64,000 nucleotides of DNA, taken from the NCBI GenBank assembly GCA_038204425.1, contig JBBRCZ010000004.1, forward strand, positions 32,001-96,000, read 5' to 3'. This document shows positions 38,983 through 47,808 of the stretch, one piece after another. This DNA is from Spirochaetia bacterium. GTDB lineage: Bacteria; Spirochaetota; Spirochaetia; DSM-27196; Salinispiraceae. Made by a program: the position numbers and the translations under genes. The notes beneath the pieces are model-generated. The model was not told the DNA's origin and ran no database searches. It saw only the letters and a list, made by a program, of their open reading frames with translations. Each line of letters begins with the position of its first letter. The first letter of the stretch is position 1.

Positions 38983-40299
38983 ATGTGCTCTAAGTTGTCA
39001 ATTGCGCTTGTGGGGTTCTTAGTTCTCAGCTGTGGCTCACTAGACTCTCCAGAAGTGCACCCTGAACGTCTGCTTATTTTTGTTGCCAACGGCGCGGGCT
39101 TTTACCATATGGATGCAGCGAGTATCTTTAAAACAGGCCACGTAAAAGGGCTTATTTTTGAACAATTTCCTACAAGGCTCGCAATGAGCACGTACGCTTA
39201 CGGCGGCTCATATGACTCCAAGCGCGCTTGGTCAGACTTTAACTATCTTAAGGAAGGTGCAGGCGACTCCGCGGCTGCATCAACGGCTTTAGCTAGCGGA
39301 GTAAAAACCCATCGAGCTTTTGTGGGCGTGTCACCAGACGGACAAGCCACAAGAAACCTATTGGAGAAAACTTACCGCAGTTATCGTTCGGCTGGCATTG
39401 TCAGCAACGAATCCTTTGTAAACGCAGGAATTGCTGCCTTTGCAGTCCACAATAGGTCAGGCAATTCCTACCATGAGATCAGTAACGCGCTAATAAACAA
39501 GAGTCTTGCCACGGTCGTCATTGGTGCAGGTAATCCTTGGTTCGATGATCGATGGAACAAGAAACTTGACCATGCTGTTTTTGGCTACCTAAGCCAGCAA
39601 GATTGGCAAAACTTAGCCGATGGAGTTGCGGGTAACGACCTAGATCGAGACGGTCAAGGCGACCCCTGGGATTTGGTCGAAAGCAAGAAAGATTTTGAGC
39701 GTATTGCAGAAGGAACTGAAGTTCCAGACAGACTTTTTGGCATCATCCAAGCTCAATCCAGCTTGAACCGTAACCGACCCGGCAACGCTTTTGCTGCCCC
39801 CTACAAAGTTGCTCGCAATGCTCAGCTGCCCACCCTGGCAACGCTGTGCCTTGCAGCTTTGGAAGTCTTGGACAAAAATCCGCGCGGATTTACTTTGGTG
39901 GTCGAGGCCGCTTCAATAGACTTTGCCAGCCATGCTAATCAGTCTGGCCGCATGATTGAAGAATTGTTAGCCTTAGAAGAGGCAGTTCAGGAAAGTCTTG
40001 CATGGCTGGCCACAAGAGATTACCTCAAGACCAGTCTGGTTGTGGTGCTTGGCGACCATGAGACCGGTCACCTAAGCGGCCAAAAAGGCAAACACGGGCC
40101 AATCCAAAGCCATGGCAAGGGCGAGCAGCCCAAACTCTTTTGGCATTCTTATGAACACACTAACTCCTTGGTTCCGATCTATGCCATTGGCATTGGTGCC
40201 AAGGCATTTCTATCCTTGCCAAGCCGGAGAGACCAACAATATGGTAGTTTTGTCGACAATACTCAGGTGGGCAAACTTTTTTCCGAACTTATACAATAG
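38983..40299 (+). CDS. Alkaline phosphatase family lipoprotein (atypical metal site)
   Basis: Lipobox LVLSC. Motifs DSAAASTALASGVKT, VEAASIDFASHAN, GDHETG and HTNSLVP. Confidence 0.85.
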   Translation: MCSKLSIALVGFLVLSCGSLDSPEVHPERLLIFVANGAGFYHMDAASIFKTGHVKGLIFEQFPTRLAMSTYAYGGSYDSKRAWSDFNYLKEGAGDSAAASTALASGVKTHRAFVGVSPDGQATRNLLEKTYRSYRSAGIVSNESFVNAGIAAFAVHNRSGNSYHEISNALINKSLATVVIGAGNPWFDDRWNKKLDHAVFGYLSQQDWQNLADGVAGNDLDRDGQGDPWDLVESKKDFERIAEGTEVPDRLFGIIQAQSSLNRNRPGNAFAAPYKVARNAQLPTLATLCLAALEVLDKNPRGFTLVVEAASIDFASHANQSGRMIEELLALEEAVQESLAWLATRDYLKTSLVVVLGDHETGHLSGQKGKHGPIQSHGKGEQPKLFWHSYEHTNSLVPIYAIGIGAKAFLSLPSRRDQQYGSFVDNTQVGKLFSELIQ

Positions 40300-41612
40300 A
40301 GATTCTTGCAATAATCAATCAAACCAGCGTCGAGGCTACGCAATAGCTCTCCATACTCTTCCCGGGGCGCCAAAAGACTTATGACGAGACTTAGATGACG
40401 ATCTTCTTCAGCATCATCGCTGTCCGAAAAGTAACCGTAGTACCAAGCTGGGTGCAGGCTTAGCTTGTGTTTTTTTAGAAGGAAGATGGCGAGTTTTTCG
40501 TCCTCGGGAATGCCATCCGACTCGGATGATGCTTGACTATTTATGTGCGACAAACGCAAGTACTGTCCTCCTAGGGTCAAAACCACATGGATTCCGGCTT
40601 GCGGCGCATGGAAGGTCCAACCACAGCTATGACCAGGCTTAATCTTGATAAGATGTTCTCGATTGGACGAGAGCGACACTAGCAAGCTGCGCACAAAGTC
40701 GCCATAGTCGGCAAAAAATCGGACCAACGCAAATTGAACAAAGCTGTTTGCATTGAGAAACGTATCATTGCGTAACTCAAGCGCTGAGATCATATCTTCT
40801 TGGTCTGGAAAACCCAGAGCTGGCTTTTGACCCGGCTGACCGTACGATAAAGCAATCCATGCCAATTTTAAATCGGGCGAGGCAAAGAGCTTAGATACAC
40901 CATTGAGCGTAAAGACAGGAACTCCAGGTGAATACGCCGCCGGACGCGGAAGTTTCTTGGCCGCATTGCCATAGATAAACTCAGAAAAGACTTCATCGCA
41001 AATTATCATTACCTTTTCTCGCTTGCAGATCTTCAATAAGTTCTTGAGTGTCTTTTCTGAAACCAGACTTCCGCATGGATTGTTTGGCGAGATGAGCACC
41101 AAAAACTTGGTCCGACGGTCTATCAAAACATCAACAAGGTCGCAGTCGATCTCCCAGTTTTTGTGTGCATTAAGTGGGTAGTAGCGCGTCTCGAGGCTCG
41201 AGTAGTCCGCTAAGTCATCAAACAACGGGTAGCCAGGTTGCGGTAAGAGCACATTGTCGCCGGGCTTGGTCAAAACAGAAAACAGCAAGTGATAACTCTC
41301 AGAGCAAGAAGCTGTTATAAGAATGTTTTCTGGATCAATGGCTACCCGACAGCCTGGACTCACCGGGCCACCGTCTTTGTAGAACTGAGCTATCGCCTGT
41401 CGCGCTGCAAGCAATCCTTTGCTTTCTGGCTGATAACGCCGCTGTGCAAGATAGTCTTGCATGGCGAGCATAAGTGTTTGGGCAGGGGGCACAAAACCAG
41501 CCGCATGAAAGTTTCCTTGGACTAAATCTCGATATTGGCTCTTGGTGTCTGGGCCTTCTTGATTACTGTCGCCGTCCAAAGCTTGGCGCACTTGTTCCAA
41601 ATTTAGAGCCAT
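40263..41612 (-). CDS. PLP-dependent aminotransferase class I/II
   Basis: PGYPLF, ISPNNPCG, IICDEVF and the PLP-lysine motif NGVSK. Confidence 0.88.
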   Translation of the reverse strand: MALNLEQVRQALDGDSNQEGPDTKSQYRDLVQGNFHAAGFVPPAQTLMLAMQDYLAQRRYQPESKGLLAARQAIAQFYKDGGPVSPGCRVAIDPENILITASCSESYHLLFSVLTKPGDNVLLPQPGYPLFDDLADYSSLETRYYPLNAHKNWEIDCDLVDVLIDRRTKFLVLISPNNPCGSLVSEKTLKNLLKICKREKVMIICDEVFSEFIYGNAAKKLPRPAAYSPGVPVFTLNGVSKLFASPDLKLAWIALSYGQPGQKPALGFPDQEDMISALELRNDTFLNANSFVQFALVRFFADYGDFVRSLLVSLSSNREHLIKIKPGHSCGWTFHAPQAGIHVVLTLGGQYLRLSHINSQASSESDGIPEDEKLAIFLLKKHKLSLHPAWYYGYFSDSDDAEEDRHLSLVISLLAPREEYGELLRSLDAGLIDYCKNLYCISSEKSLPT

Positions 41613-41733
41613 AGTTTGGGATCCTTCTCAATTGCTCTTGCTATTCTTGTTGATGCGTAGCTAACTTAGATAGTAGCAATTTTTGCAACTACTTTTGCAA
41701 GTAGCTACGACCAAGTAAGTCAAGGAGCTAACC

Positions 41734-42597
41734 ATGTTAAAGAAACTCGGCACGGTATTCGTCATTCTCATGATGACTACCTTTGCCCAACAAGCCTTCT
41801 CTCAAACTGAGCCCATTTTTAGGATCGTACCCCATGCCGAGCTCGGCTTTGTTTCTGTTCTCAATCACGTCTACCGGGTAGGAACCGAAGCCAATGGCAA
41901 CACCACCTTTGATTTTGTAAAACAAGGTGCTCAGGATGTACTATTTCCTTATGCTCGCTTTTCAGTAGACGCTATTGTTGCATCGCAGCATCGATTTACG
42001 GTCCTCTATCAACCTCTTACAATTAAAACCCAAACAGTTGCTGGTCGCAACGGCACTGGTGCCGTGCAGATCGATGACGTCCTGTTTGCGCCAGGAACAC
42101 CGCTCAACCTGACCTATGGCTTTGACTTTTTTAGATTGAGCTATCTGTATGACTTTATTGCAGAAGAAGCCAGTCAGTTGGGAATTGGATTGAGTTTTCA
42201 ACTACGCAATGCCAACATAGACTTCTCGTCGGCCGACGGCCTACAAAGGGTAGTTCAGAACAATGTTGGCCTAGTTCCGATCATCAAAATTAAAGCAGCA
42301 CACCGATTTGCGCCCGAGTTTGGCATAGATTTTGAAGCAGATGGATTCTACGCCTCAAGCGCCGTCTTCAATGGAGCCGGAAGACCCTTTGAAGGCTGGA
42401 TCTGGGATGCTGCGCTGCGTCTAGAAAGTCAACTCATCGAGGGCGCAACTGCCTTTTTGTCTATACGAACCATAGGTGGAGGGGCTTCGGGCAATAACGC
42501 GTATGACAACGTGACAGCAACAACTAGTTCAGGAGCCGAAACCTACAATTCCTTGGCAACTTTGGCCGTTACCTTGGGTGTTTCATTGACACCCTAA
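41734..42597 (+). CDS. Hypothetical exported protein, probable outer-membrane beta-barrel
   Basis: Signal peptide ending AFS, alternating amphipathic strands (FFRLSYLYDF, LGIGLSFQLR), and RBS AAGGAG. Confidence 0.65.
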   Translation: MLKKLGTVFVILMMTTFAQQAFSQTEPIFRIVPHAELGFVSVLNHVYRVGTEANGNTTFDFVKQGAQDVLFPYARFSVDAIVASQHRFTVLYQPLTIKTQTVAGRNGTGAVQIDDVLFAPGTPLNLTYGFDFFRLSYLYDFIAEEASQLGIGLSFQLRNANIDFSSADGLQRVVQNNVGLVPIIKIKAAHRFAPEFGIDFEADGFYASSAVFNGAGRPFEGWIWDAALRLESQLIEGATAFLSIRTIGGGASGNNAYDNVTATTSSGAETYNSLATLAVTLGVSLTP

Positions 42598-43139
42598 ACT
42601 TGATTGTCTGACTTGGCTGCCTCTATTTTTTTGGCAGCCAAGCTTTTACGCTCCCTGACAAACATTACTATTACAAATGCAATAGCTCCAAATGTAATAG
42701 ACATATCGGCCACATTGAGTACCCCAGTAGAAACAGGACCAAAGCGGAACAACAAGAAGTCAGTTACCTTTCCAAATGCAATCCGGTCATAGAGATTGCT
42801 CGCACCGCCAGCCAAAAAGCAAGAAACGATGACTAGTTCCGCAATGCTCATTGCGCCAATTTTTGCGCACAACCAGATTAAGCCTGCCAAGGTTATCAAT
42901 GATGGCAGAAAAAGTAACATCAAAGTATGTAGCGGCCCTTCCAGCTTGGAGCCAAGGCCCAAAAACGCCCCTGTATTCTCTGCATAGGTAATAACTACGA
43001 TACCGCCGATGTATTCACTTGCCGGTCGACCCCTGACTTCTTCTCGGGCCCAGTGTTTAGTAATTTGATCTACGCTAGCGTTAAGACCAAATACCACGAG
43101 AACCAGCAATATTCGTGCAAAAAGTTGTTTTTTACTCAT
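42594..43139 (-). CDS. lspA: Lipoprotein signal peptidase (SPase II)
   Basis: DQITK, NTGAFLG, GGASNLYDRI, VTDF and NVAD motifs. Confidence 0.92.
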   Translation of the reverse strand: MSKKQLFARILLVLVVFGLNASVDQITKHWAREEVRGRPASEYIGGIVVITYAENTGAFLGLGSKLEGPLHTLMLLFLPSLITLAGLIWLCAKIGAMSIAELVIVSCFLAGGASNLYDRIAFGKVTDFLLFRFGPVSTGVLNVADMSITFGAIAFVIVMFVRERKSLAAKKIEAAKSDNQV

Positions 43140-43150
43140 AGTTACTCCAC

Positions 43151-43184
43151 AAAAAAAGGCGCTTGCGTAACAACGCAGGCGCCT
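43151..43184 (-). terminator. Intrinsic terminator immediately upstream of lspA
   Basis: Minus strand reads AGGCGCCTGCGT-tgtt-ACGCAAGCGCCT-TTTTTT. Confidence 0.75.
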
Positions 43185-43236
43185 GTGGATGATCACATAG
43201 CACATAGCTCTCAGTCAATGCTCTTGGACTAAGCTT

Positions 43237-43707
43237 TCAAAAGCTTGGCAGGGTGGAGCTGAAGCTATAGGAGTAGCTGGTGCTAGGAATTGCTTCGCCG
43301 TTGATAGTCCCCGTGTTTGCAACTGCTCGAGCAACATTTAGGACACCTTTAGTGGTAATAAGACTTGTCGTTTCGATAGGGTCAGGCACTACAAAGTCCA
43401 CTCCATCCCAATTGAGGTTACTAGTCGTAATTATGGCCAATTCGACGGTGCCATTGATTATGTAGTCCTTGCCTTCAAGGCTAGCTTTTACATCAGAATA
43501 GTTTGCATTGCCACTAAGGCCTTCTATGCTAGCTGTGCCGGTAAAGAAAATACTGCCACCGTTGGGACCACTGTAGGTTGTAGTAATTGCAATGCTTCGC
43601 GCACCTGTGCTGGACGGTGGCGCTGAGACTATCGATGGGCTCATGGCGCCTTTGCCCGCACTTTGGCCAATGCCACTAATATATTCTTCATCATTCCTTC
43701 TCCCCAA
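43237..43707 (-). CDS. Hypothetical S/T/G-rich protein, possibly a truncated surface-protein remnant
   Basis: 156-aa ORF with extracellular-like composition but no signal peptide. A terminator follows it. Confidence 0.4.
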   Translation of the reverse strand: MGRRNDEEYISGIGQSAGKGAMSPSIVSAPPSSTGARSIAITTTYSGPNGGSIFFTGTASIEGLSGNANYSDVKASLEGKDYIINGTVELAIITTSNLNWDGVDFVVPDPIETTSLITTKGVLNVARAVANTGTINGEAIPSTSYSYSFSSTLPSF

Positions 43708-43863
43708 TAATGGACATTTTTGTTTAAACGCAACTGCTTGTGTATTTATTTACCTATGGCATAACGGTTCTTGTATTAGCGAGCAAGAAAATAGCTTAAA
43801 AACGGCTTGCCATTTTTAGAATGTCATCGCCATACTGTTGCCAGCTCATTTTAAGGACCAAGC

Positions 43864-44817
43864 ATGCCAAAAAAGTTAACAAACCCACATATTTGCCTGG
43901 TAGTACCCTGCCACAACGAAGCAGACACCTTACGGCTATTTCACCAGCAAGTTAGTCAAATAGTACAAAATCGTAACGAGACTTTTTCGTTTTCGTTTGT
44001 CAACGATGGCAGCAAAGATCAAACACTCGATATTCTTCGAGAGCTAGCCGACTTGGATCCACGAGTGCAGTACGCAAGTCTGTCACGCAATTTTGGCAAA
44101 GAAGCAGCACTTTCGGCCGGAATCGATGGCGCTGAGGGTGATGCTATAATTGTTATGGACTCAGACTTACAACATCCGCCAGAAATGATTCCAGCCATGG
44201 TAGACGCGTGGCTTGCTGGTGACTGCCAGGTGGTTGATTGCGTCAAAAAAAAGCGTGGTCGCGAATCAATCTTTTATAAATTTGCAGCCAACATCTTTAA
44301 CAAAATAATGTCCGAGTCAGCCGCCATGAACCTACGTTCGTCATCAGACTTCAAGTTGCTAGACCGTAGCGTAGTTGAAGTCTTGCGTCGAATCCCAGAA
44401 AGGACTCGCTTTTTTCGTGGACTCACCGAATGGGCTGGCTTTGTCCACAAACGAATCGAGTTTAACGTAGCCGAACGCGTAGGTGGTGTTAGATCTTGGT
44501 CATTTAAAAGTCTGCTACGCTACTCTATCAACAATATTCTCATTTTTTCTTCTACACCGCTTCGCTTGATTTCAGCATTGGGAATGTGGACGGTACTTGG
44601 ATCGGTTATCTTGGCAATTCAAACCATAGTCACCTTTGCATTAGGAAACGCCGTCGAAGGCTTTACGACGGTTATCTTGGCGATATCGTTCTTTTCGGGA
44701 ATGATTTTGATCTGCCTTGGCATTATGGGCGAGTATCTTGCTCGCATGTATGACGAACTTAAGGCTAGGCCAAGCTACATCATCGCCGAAAAAAATCAAA
44801 ACAAAGAAGGTAAGTGA
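43864..44817 (+). CDS. GT2 polyprenyl-phosphate glycosyltransferase (GtrB/ArnC-like)
   Basis: VNDGSKD, LSRNFGKEAAL, MDSDLQHPPE, two C-terminal TM segments, and GEYLARMYDELKARP. Confidence 0.9.
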   Translation: MPKKLTNPHICLVVPCHNEADTLRLFHQQVSQIVQNRNETFSFSFVNDGSKDQTLDILRELADLDPRVQYASLSRNFGKEAALSAGIDGAEGDAIIVMDSDLQHPPEMIPAMVDAWLAGDCQVVDCVKKKRGRESIFYKFAANIFNKIMSESAAMNLRSSSDFKLLDRSVVEVLRRIPERTRFFRGLTEWAGFVHKRIEFNVAERVGGVRSWSFKSLLRYSINNILIFSSTPLRLISALGMWTVLGSVILAIQTIVTFALGNAVEGFTTVILAISFFSGMILICLGIMGEYLARMYDELKARPSYIIAEKNQNKEGK

Positions 44818-44819
44818 GA

Positions 44820-45665
44820 ATGAACCCTATCGATTTCCTAAGCGCTACGGTACTTGGTATAGTTGAAGGACTTACCGAGTTTTTGCCTATATCGTCCACT
44901 GGCCACTTAATTTTGTTCAATCAATGGTTTAAGTTTGAATCGGTTGCCTTCACCAATATGTTCAATATTGTCATCCAAAGTGGCGCAATTCTTGCCGTTA
45001 TTCTATCGTTTCGCAAACGCCTATTTCCAGTCTATAAAAGTCAGGATCTTGTCCAGAAGCAAGCTGTCTATCAACTGTGGCTCAAAGCATTTATCGCCTT
45101 TGTACCAACTGCTGTGATAGCGTTTTTGGGCTCGGACTTTATCGACACCTATCTCTTTAAACCAGGGGTGGTCATAGCTGCGCTAGCCTTTTGGGGTATT
45201 GTCATTATTGTAATAGAGCGTTTTATCAAGGGTGGCAGATTAAACCAAAGATATGACACGGTGGCAGATTTAACTATCCCAGTAGTACTAGCAATTGGGT
45301 TTATTCAGTGCCTTGGCATGATACCCGGGACCAGTCGATCGGCAGCCACTATAATTGGCGCCTTGCTCTTGGGTGCAAGCCGAGTTGCTGCAGTAGAATT
45401 TAGCTTTTTTCTCGGTATTCCCACGCTCTTGGCTGCTGGCGCTTACTCGCTCTACAAACAGTTGCGCGCAGGACTTGTTTTGGGCCTCAACGATATCCTT
45501 GTACTTATTACAGGGCTTGTAGTATCTTTTGTGGTAGCATGGGCGGTTATAGCATTTTTGATGCGTTTCATCCAAAAGAGGGATTTTGAGGTCTTTGGAT
45601 GGTATCGAATTGGGCTTGCTGTGGTCGTGCTAATAGTGTTTGGACTAATCAATGTCCAGTTATAA
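44820..45665 (+). CDS. uppP: Undecaprenyl-diphosphatase (BacA)
   Basis: GIVEGLTEFLPISSTGHL, PGTSRSAATI and EFSFFL motifs. Confidence 0.95.
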   Translation: MNPIDFLSATVLGIVEGLTEFLPISSTGHLILFNQWFKFESVAFTNMFNIVIQSGAILAVILSFRKRLFPVYKSQDLVQKQAVYQLWLKAFIAFVPTAVIAFLGSDFIDTYLFKPGVVIAALAFWGIVIIVIERFIKGGRLNQRYDTVADLTIPVVLAIGFIQCLGMIPGTSRSAATIIGALLLGASRVAAVEFSFFLGIPTLLAAGAYSLYKQLRAGLVLGLNDILVLITGLVVSFVVAWAVIAFLMRFIQKRDFEVFGWYRIGLAVVVLIVFGLINVQL

Positions 45666-45680
45666 GAAAGTGAGGAATCC

Positions 45681-46208
45681 ATGAAAAAAATCGGAAGCAC
45701 AAAGGCATTATTAATTGCCATCATTTTGCTGTCCTTTGGTGCAGTGCAGGGTCTCAGTGCTCAAACAGCCCATGATCCCGGGTTTAAGCTCGGCCTCGTC
45801 GGCGGCTATCCATCAGGTGTTTCGATAGCCTATCGCTTTGACAAAGACTTTGAAATGAACGGTCTTATCGGCACCAACTGGGGCAGCGCCTTTTTGGGTA
45901 CCGACGCGTTGTTCCGCTTGGCAGATGTCGTGATTGGTGGTGAAATATTACCATTGTCGCTTGGGCCAGCAGCCTACATAGGCATTCAATTTAATAGCAA
46001 CCTTTATTGGGGAGCGTTTGTTAAGCTGCATTGGGAGTACACGTTCAAAAGAGTGCCGTTCAATGTCTTTATTGAAATTGGTGGCGGCGCCTCTTCAAGC
46101 TATTACAGCTTCTATAACTCCTCACCCGTTGGCTTTGACTGGATTTCTGCTGCAGGGTTTAGAATAGTGTTTGATCACCCCAGCATGTCGCCAGTCGTCA
46201 TCAAGTAA
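45681..46208 (+). CDS. Small exported beta-barrel-like protein (DUF3996-like)
   Basis: Signal peptide, LGLVGGYPSGVS, PFNVFIE and GFRIVF strands. Confidence 0.55.
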   Translation: MKKIGSTKALLIAIILLSFGAVQGLSAQTAHDPGFKLGLVGGYPSGVSIAYRFDKDFEMNGLIGTNWGSAFLGTDALFRLADVVIGGEILPLSLGPAAYIGIQFNSNLYWGAFVKLHWEYTFKRVPFNVFIEIGGGASSSYYSFYNSSPVGFDWISAAGFRIVFDHPSMSPVVIK

Positions 46209-46240
46209 AAGGGCTATACTTTTCTATTGGCACAATAAGT

Positions 46241-46282
46241 ATTGGTGCCTCGTCAGCAAAGAGCTGACGAGGCACCCAATTT
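46241..46282. terminator. Hairpin between convergent genes, probable terminator
   Basis: GGTGCCTCGTCAGC-aaaga-GCTGACGAGGCACC, a perfect 14-bp stem. Confidence 0.7.
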
Positions 46283-46314
46283 AAAAAAAACGAATTAGCT
46301 TTTATTCACACTGT

Positions 46315-46431
46315 CTATTCAGTGCTGCTGGATTTTTTGTCTTGCTTTTCCTGTTTTTCTTTTCGCTTTTCTTTGATCGACTTCTGAGGTTCCTTTTTAG
46401 GTTCCTTCTTCTGCTTACTTTTCTCGCCCAT
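46315..46431 (-). CDS. Small Lys/Glu-rich protein, 38 aa (MGEKSKQKKEPKKEPQKSIKEKRKEKQEKQDKKSSSTE)
   Basis: AAAGGAG RBS 6 nt before the ATG. Below the ORF-track size cutoff. The 46241-46282 hairpin follows it. Confidence 0.65.
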   Translation of the reverse strand: MGEKSKQKKEPKKEPQKSIKEKRKEKQEKQDKKSSSTE

Positions 46432-46596
46432 TTTATACTCCTTTGCTTAGTATAGTATATTTGAAAATATAGCGTTACTGACCCAGACATGAAACTATAA
46501 GTTTTAAAAAATTGACAAAAGGTTAAGTCTTTTGTAATTTATTTTTCAGTTGTCGACCAAGATATAATATAGTATTATTCCGCACTATGGTTATTA

Positions 46597-47808
46597 GTGC
46601 TGACTTGTTCAAAAAAGGTGTTTCGTAGCGTGTTCAGGAATAAGCCAAAAAAAAGAGTTCTAGTGCCGTATTATGCGGCAGGTTACGGACACGTTTCCTT
46701 TGCCAAGGCGTTGGTTCACCACCTTAAAGCGTTGAGACCAGAATGGGAATATCGGCTTTTTGATCCTGGCAAAGAGCTTGCCGACCAAAATTTGGATCAC
46801 GCATATGTAGAACAATGGCGCAATATTCTTGCACTCCCGTGGATTGTAAAAAAATCAATTTTTGCTTTGGAGCCTGTCTTTGCCGGAATCTACCTAGGCA
46901 ATCACCGTCGCATCGTCGCCCAAGCCACCCCCCAGGCGGCCCGTTTTTTGGCCGAGTGGAAGCCCGATGCGATAGTTCCTACCCATTGGGGCTGCAGTCA
47001 CCTTTTTGCAGCGGCGCGAGAATTGCCTGACGCCCAGGGCATTCGCCCACCAATTTGGTATGTGTATTCGGAGCTTGGCGGTCATTATCGTTTGCTCAAC
47101 TGCGGTGCAGATCATTATTTTGCCCTGACGGCCTTAGCAAAGGAAGACTTAATTTCTACCGGAATAGAACCAGGCAAAATAGAAGTCATTGACTTTATTA
47201 TTCAGTCTTATCTTCAAGAGCGCCTCTCACTGACTCATGATCCTGTTCTTCGAGTACAAGCGCGACGAGAGCTCGGCCTAGATCCCGAGCGTTATACCGT
47301 GCTTTATTCTCTTGGCGGAGAGGGTATTGGTAGTGCGATGGACTTTTTATCTGACTATTACCATAATGGAAAAAGTGCTCAGATTATTGTACTAACCGGC
47401 AAGAACAACCAATTAAAAAAGAAGATCGAGCGTTCTCTTCCTTATCGCACCGGCCGTGCTTTGATAAGAGCCTATTCTTTTATGCCTGATCTAACCAAAA
47501 TATTTATGGCATGCGACGCCCAAGCTGGAAAGTCAGGTACCTGCAGTGTTATGGAAGCGATCAAGATGCACAAACCGCTGGTCATTTGCCAGCCAGGCGC
47601 TCCCAACGAAGAAGAAAATATGAAGTATGTTACCAGCCAAGGAATGGGCTGGTACACACCAAAGCCACGCATGTTTACTGACATGGTAGAAGAACTTGCA
47701 CTTGGAAGCGACAGAGTTAGCCTAGCGCTAGGCAAGCTTTCACAAGTAGGCGATGGCAATGGCGCTGCAAGGATTGCCGAATACGTTGTCAAATCACTTA
47801 GCAAATAG
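46597..47808 (+). CDS. MGDG synthase/UgtP-like GT28 diacylglycerol glycosyltransferase
   Basis: AAGYGHVSFAKAL, PDAIVPTH, LGGEGIG, TGKNNQLK, GKSG...MEA and EEENMKYV motifs. Confidence 0.8.
   Translation: MLTCSKKVFRSVFRNKPKKRVLVPYYAAGYGHVSFAKALVHHLKALRPEWEYRLFDPGKELADQNLDHAYVEQWRNILALPWIVKKSIFALEPVFAGIYLGNHRRIVAQATPQAARFLAEWKPDAIVPTHWGCSHLFAAARELPDAQGIRPPIWYVYSELGGHYRLLNCGADHYFALTALAKEDLISTGIEPGKIEVIDFIIQSYLQERLSLTHDPVLRVQARRELGLDPERYTVLYSLGGEGIGSAMDFLSDYYHNGKSAQIIVLTGKNNQLKKKIERSLPYRTGRALIRAYSFMPDLTKIFMACDAQAGKSGTCSVMEAIKMHKPLVICQPGAPNEEENMKYVTSQGMGWYTPKPRMFTDMVEELALGSDRVSLALGKLSQVGDGNGAARIAEYVVKSLSK

Noticed and set aside
43757..43772. TGGCATAACGGTTCTT as a sigma54 promoter for the GT2 gene
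   Set aside because: It lacks the -12 GC dinucleotide.
46302..46490. 62-aa Arg/Lys-rich ORF in the track
   Set aside because: An alternative frame with no RBS. The 38-aa frame has AAAGGAG at proper spacing.
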